Shown: in pieces, positions 52,499 to 64,000 of the stretch
Numbering within the stretch: the stretch's first letter is position 1
Layout: each line of letters opens with the position of its first letter
Position numbers and translations under genes: made by a program
The notes under the pieces: model-generated
What the model saw: the letters and a program-made list of their open reading frames with translations, nothing else
What the model was told of the DNA's origin: nothing
Databases searched by the model: none
Assembly (NCBI GenBank): GCA_963700285.1
Contig: CAVOXA010000014.1
Span: forward strand, 448,001 to 512,000
Origin: an uncultured Chloroflexia bacterium
GTDB taxonomy: Bacteria > Chloroflexota > Anaerolineae > JAAYZQ01
Reading direction: 5' to 3'
Length of the DNA: 64,000 bases

Positions 52499-54417
52499 AT
52501 GGCAAAGGTAATTGGAATTGACTTGGGCACCACCAACAGTGTCGTGGCAGTGATGGAAGGCGGCGAGCCGACCGTCATCCCTACCGCCGAAGGTGGGCGG
52601 TTGTGCCCTTCGGTGGTAGCCTTTATCAAAGAACAACGAGCGACTGGTCGGACAGACGGCCCGGCGGCAGGCAGTCGTGAATCCGGACAATACCATCTCT
52701 TCGGTCAAGCGGCTGATGGGCCGGCGTTATGACGACGCCGGAGGTGACAAAGGCACGCGAGTTGCTGCCCTACAAGATCGTGCAGGGCAAGTCTGGCGAC
52801 GCTCGGGTACGCATCCCGCAGACGGGCAAGGAGTACACTCCCCAGGAGATCTCGGCCATGATCCTGCGCAAGCTGGCCGACGACGCCGAGGCATATCTGG
52901 GCGAGAAGGTAACCCAGGCGGTCATCACCGTACCCGCCTACTTTAACGACTCGCAGCGCCAGGCCACCAAGGATGCCGGGCGGATTGCCGGCCTGGAAGT
53001 ACTGCGCATCATCAACGAGCCGACGGCGGCCTCCCTGGCCTACGGCCTGGACAGAGAAGATGCCGAGACGATTCTGGTCTTTGACCTGGGTGGTGGCACC
53101 TTTGACGTCTCCATCCTGGAGGTTGGCGACGGTGTCGTGGAGGTCAAGTCCACCAGCGGCGACACCTTCCTGGGTGGCGACGACTGGGATCAGCGCATCG
53201 TGGACTGGGTGGCCGACGAATTCAAGAAAGACCAGGGGATCGACCTGCGGCAGGATCGCCAGGCGCTTCAGCGGCTCAAAGAAGCCGCCGAGAAGGCCAA
53301 GATCGAGCTCTCGACGGTGGTGGAGACCGAGATCAACCTGCCCTTCATCACGGCCGACGCCTCCGGACCCAAGCACCTGCAGATCAAGCTCACGCGGGCC
53401 AAGCTGGAGCAGACTGACCGAAGACCTGGTGGAACGCTGCCGGGCGCCCTTTGAGCAGGCGCTGAAGGATGCCAAGCTCAGCGACCAGCGATATCGACGA
53501 GGTCGTGCTGGTCGGCGGCGCCACCCGCATGCCCATGATCCAAGAGCTGGTGCGCAGCTCTGAGCAGCGGGAAGGAACCCCACAAGGGGGTCAACCCCGA
53601 CGAGGTTGTGGCCATCGGCGCCGCCATCCAGGCTGGCGTGCTGGCCGGCGAGGTGAAGGATGTGCTGCTCCTGGACGTGACGCCGCTGACGTTGGGCGTG
53701 GAGACACTGGGTGGGGTGATGACGCCGCTCATCGAGCGCAATACGACCATCCCGGTGCGCAAGAGCGAGATCTTTAGCACGGCCGAGGATGGCCAGACGG
53801 CTGTCACCATCCACGTGCTGCAGGGCGAGCGCACGATGGCTGCCGACAATATGACGCTGGGCCGGTTCAACCTGGAGGGCATTCCGCCCGCACCGCGCGG
53901 TATGCCCCAGGTCGAGGTCACCTTTGACATCGATGCCAACGGGATCCTGAACGTGGCGGCCCAGGACAAGGCGACGGGCAAGGAGCAAAAGATCACCATC
54001 ACGGCCAGCACCAACCTGAGCCAGACCGAGGTGGAGGAAAAGGTACAGGAGGCCAAGCGCCACGAAGCCGAAGATCGGCAGCGCAAAGAGCTGATCGAGG
54101 CACGCAACACCGCCGACCCGTTGATCTACCAGACCGAAAAGACGCTGCGTGAACTCGGCGACCAGGTGCCGGCCAGCAGACCGCTCCACCATCGAGCAGC
54201 ACCATCGAGGAACTGAAGCAGGCCAAGGATGGCGACGACATAGCGCGCATCAAGCAACTGACGGAGCAGCTGCAGCAAGCCAGCTATGCCATCGGGCAGC
54301 AGATGTATGCCCAGCAGCAGGCAACAGCCGATGGGGGCAACGGAGGCGGGACAGCCGCCCTACGGCGAGCAGGCAAGCGACGAGGAGTTCGTAGAGGGCG
54401 AATTCCAAGAGGTCTAG
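52499..54417 (+). CDS. dnaK: Chaperone DnaK (multiple indels)
   Basis: [51 protein letters not shown]. Confidence 0.95.
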
Positions 54418-54472
54418 CAAAAAGCGGCGGGCCCGGGCTTTCCCAGGTCCGCCACACAGGTGAACCTAAAGA

Positions 54473-55111
54473 ATGGGCAGAAGAACGAGTATTCCGGTCA
54501 AAGTCCGGCGGCCAAGTGAAAATCTAGCGCCAACGCACAGCGCACAGGCTGGCCGTGCACCAGCCAACCCCGACGGTGTGGGGGAACTGCGCTATTTGGA
54601 AGCAGAGCCAGAGCGGCAGGAGCAAAAGCCTGCCCCCATCGCGCTGGCGCAGAGTAAGCGATTCCAAAGAGGCTGAATCCGTCGCAGGATGCGGATGAGT
54701 GGCAGCGATCGCGCACTGCGGCTGCAGGCCGAGATGGAGAACTATCGAAGGCGCCAGCGACGACAGGCTGAGGAACAGATCGAGGCGGAGCGCAAGCGAC
54801 TACTGGGTGCATTTTTGGGAGTCGTGGACGACCTGGAACGGGCACTGGCAACACCGGACGGCGATGAAGTAGCACTGCGCCAGGGCGTCCAACTGACACA
54901 CCGGCAGGCGCTACAACTCTTGGACAGAGAGGGAGTCGAGCAGATCGAGGCCGAGGGTCAGGCATTCGATCCAAGCTGGCATGAAGCCGTGGCCACCGTT
55001 GGCCGCAATGGCAGCAGCGTGGCTCCCGGCACCGTTGTCCAGGTCATCGAACATGGATACCGGCTGGGCAGCCAGTTGCTCCGGCCGGCCAAGGTCATCG
55101 TGGCTATCTAG
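54473..55111 (+). CDS. grpE: Nucleotide exchange factor GrpE (indels in the 5' part)
   Basis: LRLQAEMENYRRR, VVDDLERAL, FDPSWHEAV, GYRLGSQLLRPAKV. Confidence 0.88.
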
Positions 55112-55165
55112 CGAGCGACAGAGACTCTCTTTTGGATCAGCGAGAGTCTCCGCTGGAGTAAGTGT

Positions 55166-56143
55166 ATGGATTATAAGGATTACTACAAAGTCCTGGGCGT
55201 GGACAAGAAAGCGAATGAGAAGGAGATCAAACAAGCCTTTCGACGTCTGGCCCGGCAATACCACCCTGACGTGAACCCGGACGACCCTCAGGCCGAAGAG
55301 CGTTTCAAGGAGATCAACGAAGCCTACGAGGTGCTCTCTGACCAGGAGAAGCGGCAAAAGTACGATCAACTCGGTGCCGACTGGCAACGCTGGCAGCAGA
55401 CCGGTGGCAGGCCAGGCGACTTTGACTGGGGCCGCTGGACCTCAGGCAGGCCAGGGGAAGGGGTACACGTCCGCTATGGGACGCCGGAGGACCTGGAGGA
55501 TCTCTTTGGCGGCGGCAGCGCCTTCTCTGACTTTTTCAGCCAGGTCTTTGGCGGGACGGGCGGGGTACGCGGAGGCCGCGGCTTCCAGTACCAGATGCGG
55601 CCTCAACGCGGACAGGACTATGAACAGCCGGTAGAGATCACCCTGCAAGAAGCCTATCATGGCACGACTCGCGTGCTGCAGAAGGAAGATCAGCGGCTGG
55701 AGATCAAGATCCCGCCGGGAGCCAAGACCGGCACCCGCGTGCGCATGAGTGGTGAGGGAGGCCCGGCCCGGCCGGCGGGCCGGCTGGGGACCTTTACCTG
55801 CGGGTGACCGTTCTTCCCGACCCGCGGTTTGAGCGCAAGGGCGATGACCTGCACACCAAGCGTGCCCGTGGACCTATACACGATGGTTCTGGGCGGCGAG
55901 GTTCACGTACCGACCATGACCGGCGATGTCGTACTCACCATACCGGCCGGAACCCAGAATGGTCGCTCTTTCCGCCTGCGCGGCAAGGGGATGCCTCGGC
56001 TGCGCCAGTCTGGCCAGCATGGCGACCTCTACGCCAAGGTCGAGGTCCAGTTGCCAACCGACCTGACAGCTCGGCAGCGAGAGCTGTTCGAGGAACTCCA
56101 GCAGATTTCCGGAGAGAGCCGAGGGACACGGGAGGCATGCTAA
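55166..56143 (+). CDS. Class B J-domain protein (CbpA-like, no Zn finger; indels)
   Basis: [33 protein letters not shown]; no CxxCxGxG. Confidence 0.88.
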
Positions 56144-56467
56144 TGTCTCCTGAAGACAGGAACCTGTATCAGCCTGAGCATCGCCGTCCAGCGGACCGGC
56201 CTCTCTCACGACCAAGTCCGGCGGCTGATTGCTCGCCGTCTGGTGGCGGAACCACTGGCCGAAGCTGACCTGGCTGAACTGCGGCGCATCCGCCGCCTGC
56301 AGGAGCTAGGCGTCAATCTTGCCGGCATCGAGATTATCTTGCACATGCGGCAGCGAATCATAGAACAGCGCGCCGAGCTTGCCCGACGAGGTAGAGCCAC
56401 GCCCCGGCGAGAGCGCCCGCCTGCGAAAGACAAATGGCAAATGTTGCTGCGCTGGGATCCTGACTGA
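56143..56467 (+). CDS. Small MerR-type protein, HspR/CbpM-like (indel near 56170)
   Basis: DLAELRRIRRLQELGVNLAGIEIILHM; TAATG coupling to the J-protein gene. Confidence 0.75.
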
Positions 56468-56610
56468 CTCCGGAGCAAGTGATCAGCGCACGGATTCGAA
56501 GCGGAGCATGGCAGTTCTCCGGGCAGCCGTCACGCTATGCGCAGCAATCTGAGTACCTGACAGAAATGCTCTGAGATCCAGATAAGAAACAATAGACAGA
56601 GGATTGAACC

Positions 56611-58502
56611 ATGACCGAAGATACCGAGGCTACGCCCGGCACTGGAATCATACGAGTTCAAGGCCGAGATCCAACAGCTACTGAACATCCTGGTCCACTC
56701 GCTCTACACGGAGCGAGAGATCTTTTTGCGGGAGCTGCTCTCCAATGCCTCTGACGCCCTGAACCGCGTCCAGTTCGAGATGCTGACCAACCGCGACGTC
56801 CTGGACCCCGATGCAGAGCTGGCCATCACTGTTGAGGTAGACGAGGAGGCCAGGACTATCACCATCTCCGATACGGGCATTGGCATGACTCGGAAGAAGT
56901 CGCTCGAGGATCTGGGCACCATCGCCCACTCGGGGGCGGCTGCGTTTCTGGAGCAACTGGAGCAGGAGCAGCGCCCCTCTGTGGAGTTGATCGGCCAGTT
57001 TGGTGTGGGTTTTTACTCGGTGTTCATGGTCGCCGAACAGGTGCGCGTGCTCAGCCGCTCCTACGAGCCTGAAGCTGAAGCCATCGAGTGGGTATCGGAT
57101 GGCAGCACCAACTACAGCCTGGGACCAGCCGACAAGGCAGGCCGGGGTACCCGAATTGAGATCAAGCTCAAGGAGGATGCCGCCGAGTTCGCCAACACCT
57201 GGCGGCTGGAGCAGATCATCAGAAGGCATTCTGACTTTGTGGCTTTTCCCATCTATGTTGGCGACAAGGCTGAATCCGTCAATCGCAGACTGGCCCTGTG
57301 GCGCCAGTCGCCCCAGGAGGTAACAGGCGAGCAATACGACGACTTTTACAGGCACCTGACCTTCGACTTTGAGGAACCGCTGCTCTACGCCCACCTGGTG
57401 AGCGACGCTCCCGTGGATGTTCGCAGCGTCCTCTTCGTTCCCTCCCGTCGCGAGCGTGGCCCCATTGGCCCACGCACCGACCACGGGCTGAGGCTCTACA
57501 TCCGCAATGTCCTGATCCAAGAGCACAACAAAGATCTGCTGCCCAACCACTTTCGTTTCGTCGAAGGTGTAGTCGAGTCGGAGGATCTGCCGCTAAACAT
57601 CTCGCGCGAGGTAGTACAGCGCAGCCCTGCGGCCCGGCGCGTACAGAAGAGCGCTGGCCCGCAAGCTGACCAGGGAACTGCAAGACCTGGCTGAGAGGGA
57701 ACCGGAAAAGTACCGCGGTTTCTGGGAGGAGTTTGGGCCCTTTATCAAAGAGGGTGTGGCTTCCGATCCAGCGGCCAAAGAGGACCTGTTGCCCCTGCTA
57801 AAGTTCCATTCGTCCAAGAGTGGTGACGATCTGATCTCGCTGGCACAGTATGCGGAGCGGATGGCTGAGGGCCAGGAAGCCATCTACTACGTTCTGGGCG
57901 ATGACCTGCGATCTGTGGCCCGCAGCCCACATTTGGACTATTTCCGAGCCCACGACATCGAGGTGATTTTCCTGGTTGAGCCCATTGACAGTTTTATGAT
58001 TGCCGCACTGCAGGAATACGCCGGCAAGCCATTAAGAAACGCGGATGACGCAGGGCTCGAACTGCCCAACGGGGATGAGGCACTGGACGAGGCGCCCGAG
58101 TCTATCGCGGAACCCGAGTTCAACCGGCTGGTGAGCCGATTTGTCAGCGTGTTGGGTGAACGCGTACTGGAAGTCCGTGAGTCCAAGGTACTCAGAGAAA
58201 ATCCGTGCCGCCTGGCATCGCCCGACGATGGTAGCCTGCACGAGATGTCGCGCGTATATCGCATGCTCGACCAAGAGTTTGAGATGCCAAAGCGGATTTT
58301 GGAGGTCAACCGCCGCCATCCCATCATCGTGAATCTTGCCCAGTTGGTGAGCGAGACCCCAGAGGACGAGATCATCGAGCCGGCCATTGAGCAGCTCTTT
58401 GAGAACCAGTTGCTCATGGAGGGCCTGCATCCCAACCCGACGGACATGATCCCGCGCATTCAACAGCTCATGGAATCGGCTACGGCTCCCAGCGAGGCCT
58501 AG
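56611..58502 (+). CDS. htpG: Chaperone HtpG/Hsp90 (indels near 56645 and 57658)
   Basis: [54 protein letters not shown]. Confidence 0.93.
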
Positions 58503-58583
58503 CCGGGGCACCCGTCGGGTACCGTCAGGGCAGGTAAAAACCTGCTTTGGCCGTGAATACAGAATAGGAGCAGAACAACTGGT

Positions 58584-59003
58584 ATGTTTCGCAAAATACT
58601 CTTTGCCAACAAGGGATCGTCCGCTGGAGACCGGGCACTGCTCTACGTAGAGCACATGGCTTGTCTGGAGAAAGCCGAAGTCGTAGTCGTTCACGCCTTC
58701 GAGGTTCCCAACCGCTATGTTACCACGGAAGCCTATGAAAACCTACGTGCCAGTTTTCAGAAAGCAAGCTGGGATGTTGTTGATGATGCCGTGGAAGAGT
58801 TGAAAAAAGGAGAGGTCCAAGCCAGAGGCATAGTCCGAGAAGGACCGGCAGCCCGAACCATTCTTGAGGTAGCCAATGAGGAAAACGCGTCCCTGATTGT
58901 CTTGGGCACAAGGGGACCATCCAGTGCCGCGGAGCTTCTCCTGGGCAGTGTGAGCACCGAAGTGCTCCGGCTGGCCCGGTGTCCCGTGTTGGCCGTGCCC
59001 TAG
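58584..59003 (+). CDS. Universal stress protein
   Basis: MFRKILFA, LIVLGTRG, LLLGSVSTEVL, CPVLAV. Confidence 0.9.
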   Translation: MFRKILFANKGSSAGDRALLYVEHMACLEKAEVVVVHAFEVPNRYVTTEAYENLRASFQKASWDVVDDAVEELKKGEVQARGIVREGPAARTILEVANEENASLIVLGTRGPSSAAELLLGSVSTEVLRLARCPVLAVP

Positions 59004-59010
59004 AAAGAAG

Positions 59011-60268
59011 ATGCCCATGTCCACGTACGCCAAACGGTGGATCGCAGTGTTGTTGCTTCTCACAGCGCTGGTAGGTTGCTCGTTGCCCGGCAACATTTCC
59101 GTGCTGCTGGCACCAGCGCCAACGTCCACGGCTGAGCCCGTCTTTACGCCAACCGCCGCGCCCACCTTCACGGCTACTTTCACCCCTACCAGCATACCCA
59201 CTTCTGAAGCGACGCCAGCTCTCACCGAAACCCCATCCTCTGGCCTTGGCCAGCTAGCCCAGCTTGAACGGGAGATCATCAAGGTCTACGAGGATGTTGC
59301 CAGCGGCGTGGTCAACATCACCAACCGCAGCTATGCCTATGACCACTTTTACCGGCCCGTGCCCCAGGAGGGCAGCGGCTCCGGCATCGTCTTTGACAAA
59401 GAGGGGCACATCATCACCAACTACCATGTTGTCGAAGATGCCTCTGAACTGTTTGTGATGCTGGCCGACGATACAACCGTCCCAGCAGAGATAGTGGGGG
59501 CCGATCCAACCACAGACCTGGCCCTCCTCCGGATAGACATCAACCCGGAACTGCTGAGCCCGGTACCGTTGGGAGAGTCGGGTGGCTTGAATGTGGGCCA
59601 ATTCGTCGTGGCCATCGGCAACCCGTTCGGCTTTGAGCATACCTTGACCGTGGGCGTGGTCAGTGCCCTGGGTCGGGTGATCGAGAGTCCCGATGAACGG
59701 TTTATCGGTGAGATCATCCAGACCGACGCGGCCATCAACCCCGGCAACTCTGGCGGGCCTCTGCTGGATCTGACAGGACAGGTGATCGGCGTCAACACGG
59801 CGATCTTTAGCCCCAGCCGGGCTTCAGCGGGCATTGGCTTTGCCATTCCTGCCAGTACGGTACGGCGGGTTGTGCCTGAACTCCTTGCTCGCGGTTACTA
59901 CCCTCACCCCTGGTTGGGTGTCAACCTCATCTGGAACCTGACGCCGGAACGAAGGCAGATCCTGCAGGAAGCTGGAATGAAGGTACCGGTGGAAGAGGGA
60001 ATACTCATTGTAGAGGCGGCGCCACGCAGTCCAGCTGTCCGTGCGGGGCTGCGCGGAGGGCAGCGAGCAGATCCGGGTTGGTCGTTTTCTTCTGTCGGTG
60101 GGCGGAGACATTCTCACGAGCATTGACGGCAGGCCGATCGCCTCGGGCCGGGATCTGATTCGCTATCTGGATACTGAAACCAGAGTCGGACAGACGATAC
60201 AGGTCACATTCTGGCGTGAGGGGAAACTGGAGACGGTACCCATTGTCCTCACGGAGCGTCCACGCTAG
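59011..60268 (+). CDS. htrA: HtrA/DegP-like serine protease lipoprotein with one PDZ domain (indel near 60063)
   Basis: LVGC lipobox, PT-rich linker, GSGSG, TNYHV, DAAINPGNSGGPL. Confidence 0.9.
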
Positions 60269-60326
60269 GCGGAGGCGCTGAAGAGGCCGGCCGGTACTAT
60301 GGTCTGAGCCACATCGACAGCGAGAC

Positions 60327-60392
60327 TTGCGTGTTTTTTTGAACTGTGATAAACTGTGCCTTGCGTTAGCACTCAAAGCTTGAGAGTGCTAG
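60327..60392 (+). promoter_or_regulatory. groESL promoter and CIRCE (HrcA operator)
   Basis: TTGCGT, 17 nt, (TGn)TAAACT; TTAGCACTC-N9-GAGTGCTAG at 60366-60392. Confidence 0.9.
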
Positions 60393-60444
60393 CGCATAGC
60401 TTGTGTCGTTCAAGGCATAATACACATTAGGAGGCAAGTTAGAA

Positions 60445-62408
<1,964 letters not shown>

Positions 62409-62422
62409 GCAATGAATTAGCC

Positions 62423-62456
62423 AAGGGGCCACACCCATTTGGAGGTGTGGTCCCTT
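62423..62456 (+). terminator. Stem-loop after groEL
   Basis: AAGGGGCCACACC ... GGTGTGGTCCCTT; no clear U-tract. Confidence 0.55.
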
Positions 62457-62573
62457 GCGTCCAGCTACGATTTCTGGCATTGAGGGGTTCTGCTGCCAGG
62501 TTCCAAGCATCGCAGAGCACAGTCCTGCGAGCCCAGGGTCAGCATCCCTCTGGAAAAGAAGGAAATACGGGCC

Positions 62574-62873
62574 ATGCCAATATACGAATATGAATGCTCA
62601 GAGTGCGGTGTGCACTTTGACAAGCTGCAACACTTTGGTGATCCAAAGCCAGAGAGCTGCCCCAATGGGCACAGCCAGGTACACAAACGCTTGTCACAGC
62701 CAACCATTATCTTCAAGGGGTCAGGGTTCTATGTAACCGACAACGGACGCAACGGCCGGTACAAGTCCGCCGCCAAGAAAGAAAAGACCCCCTCGCCAGA
62801 AACCACCACCAGCCCCCAGTCGAAGACAGGTGGGGATGGAACAAGCAAGACGAGTTCCACAGAAGCGGGCTAG
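62574..62873 (+). CDS. FmdB-family zinc-ribbon protein
   Basis: MPIYEYECSECG, CPNGH, FKGSGFYVTD. Confidence 0.9.
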   Translation: MPIYEYECSECGVHFDKLQHFGDPKPESCPNGHSQVHKRLSQPTIIFKGSGFYVTDNGRNGRYKSAAKKEKTPSPETTTSPQSKTGGDGTSKTSSTEAG

Positions 62874-62896
62874 AACCAACCTAGCCCGCGTTTTTT
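62865..62896 (+). terminator. Intrinsic terminator
   Basis: GCGGGCTAG-aaccaac-CTAGCCCGC followed by GTTTTTT. Confidence 0.75.
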
Positions 62897-62976
62897 ATCC
62901 CTGATCTGCCGTATGCCCGTGATCCACACTTGCCATTTCCCCCTGCTTCGGCTACAATCTCCGACGAGGAGTGAGC

Positions 62977-63723
62977 ATGGCGCACGAAACGATCTTGGTC
63001 GTGGATGATGAGCCGGCCATTGTCCAGGTAATCTGCGAGCGGCTGGCACGGGAGGGCTTTGCCGTGGGCAAAGCCACGAACGGAGAGGCGGCTCTGGCAG
63101 CCGTCGGCCAGGATCTACCCGACCTGGTTATCCTCGACCTGATGCTGCCCGACATGGATGGCTTTGAGGTACTGCGCCAACTGCGCCACGACGGCCATGA
63201 CCTACCGGTCATCATCCTCACCGCCCGCGACGATGACGTGGACATCGTGGTCGGTTTGGAGCTGGGCGCCGACGACTATGTGGTCAAGCCTTTCAACCCC
63301 CGCGAGCTGGCTGCCCGTGTGCGTGCTGTACTGCGCCGTAGAGCCGAGACGCTGGCACTGGCTGCCCGTGTGGCGAATCTGGAGGCACAGCTACCCACGG
63401 GTTCTGCTGATCGGGATTCAAGCGTCCAGCCTCCTTCCCACGGCCTCCACCTAGACGAACCTGCCCGGCGCGCCTGGTTCGCGGGGCAACTCCTCGATCT
63501 ACGCCCGCGTGAGTATGATCTTCTCTTCTGCCTGAGCCAACACAACGGTCAGGTACTGACACGTGATACCCTCTTGGACCGGGTGTGGGGCACAGCGAGC
63601 TATATCGATGATCGAACGGTGGATGTACACATCCATCGCCTGCGGCAGAAGCTGGCTGAAGCAGACCCAACCGTGGATCCCATCCAGACGGAACGAGGTA
63701 TCGGCTACCGGCTGGAGCTGTGA
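62977..63723 (+). CDS. OmpR/PhoB-family response regulator
   Basis: ILVVDDE, LDLMLP, GADDYVVKPF, RTVDVHIHRLRQKL, RGIGYRL. Confidence 0.95.
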   Translation: MAHETILVVDDEPAIVQVICERLAREGFAVGKATNGEAALAAVGQDLPDLVILDLMLPDMDGFEVLRQLRHDGHDLPVIILTARDDDVDIVVGLELGADDYVVKPFNPRELAARVRAVLRRRAETLALAARVANLEAQLPTGSADRDSSVQPPSHGLHLDEPARRAWFAGQLLDLRPREYDLLFCLSQHNGQVLTRDTLLDRVWGTASYIDDRTVDVHIHRLRQKLAEADPTVDPIQTERGIGYRLEL

Positions 63724-64000
63724 TGATCCCTTCTCCTGCTCAACAAAACAAGCCCGGTTTTCGGGTCCGCGGCAGCCTAACGATCCGACTGGCCCTCATC
63801 TTTGGGCTTGTCAACGCGGTGGCGATCAGCGCGATGGGCTTGAGCGTGTATTCTCTCACTGCCCACTATTTGCGGACCCGGGCACAAGACGACCTGAATG
63901 CCCTGGCCGCCTTCTACGCCGCATACACGGCTGCTGCGGCCCCTGACAAAGACCGCCTGGTCGCACTGGCCCCTCAAATTGCCAGTTTTTTTGCTCCCCA
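63723..64000 (+). CDS. Probable cognate sensor kinase, 5' part (runs off window)
   Basis: TGATG overlap with the regulator; MIPSP ... SLTIRLALIFGLVNAVAISAMGLSVYSL (TM1); kinase domain not visible. Confidence 0.65.
   Translation, partial: MIPSPAQQNKPGFRVRGSLTIRLALIFGLVNAVAISAMGLSVYSLTAHYLRTRAQDDLNALAAFYAAYTAAAAPDKDRLVALAPQIASFFAP

Noticed and set aside
52499-58502. dnaK, grpE, J-protein and htpG as pseudogenes or programmed frameshifts
   Set aside because: Motifs are intact, I saw no in-frame stops or shared slippery site, and the same indel pattern affects many unrelated genes, which points to sequencing error
60371-60385. HAIR (HspR) site within the groES leader
   Set aside because: The ACTCAA and CTTGAG half-sites are in the wrong order and spacing, and CIRCE fully explains the sequence

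Overview
High-GC bacterial DNA, most likely from an Anaerolineae/Chloroflexota-type organism. This is inferred from lipoproteins with PT-rich or VEKTVVETVE linkers and a GroEL ending [10 protein letters not shown]. Patchy single-base indels break even essential genes such as dnaK and htpG, so they are read as long-read assembly errors. The window has five blocks. (1) 1-2897: OmpR regulator, double-PDZ membrane protein and HAMP sensor kinase. (2) 2897-27902, minus strand: a large LacI-controlled cyclitol/inositol catabolic island with Thermotoga-type iolG/iolM/iolN/iolO-like genes, many extra dehydrogenases and epimerases, a URO-D-family protein, and an ABC importer with two tandem-domain binding proteins. 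(3) 28000-33600: nitroreductase-fold lipoprotein, stand-alone homocysteine methyltransferase, korAB and a VOC protein, with structured leaders. (4) 33800-52300: LacI, ppk2, an alpha-glucoside ABC importer whose binding protein is an almost perfect 1.28-kb internal duplication, then a PPi-PFK / sucrose-phosphate synthase / unknown GH13-like / PfkB / P-loop kinase / TreS cluster. (5) 52400-64000: a chaperone supercluster (dnaK grpE cbpA hspR-like htpG usp htrA CIRCE groES groEL) and a two-component system. The best novelty candidates are three two-domain sugar-binding lipoproteins, an identical 12-nt orphan SD element ~125-130 nt upstream of two binding-protein genes, a sucrose-phosphate pathway with no phosphatase gene and an unclassified GH13-like enzyme, a possible O-methyl-cyclitol pathway, structured 5' leaders, and 11-bp-periodic boxes upstream of dnaK. 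No rRNA, tRNA, CRISPR array or intact IS element was recognised.
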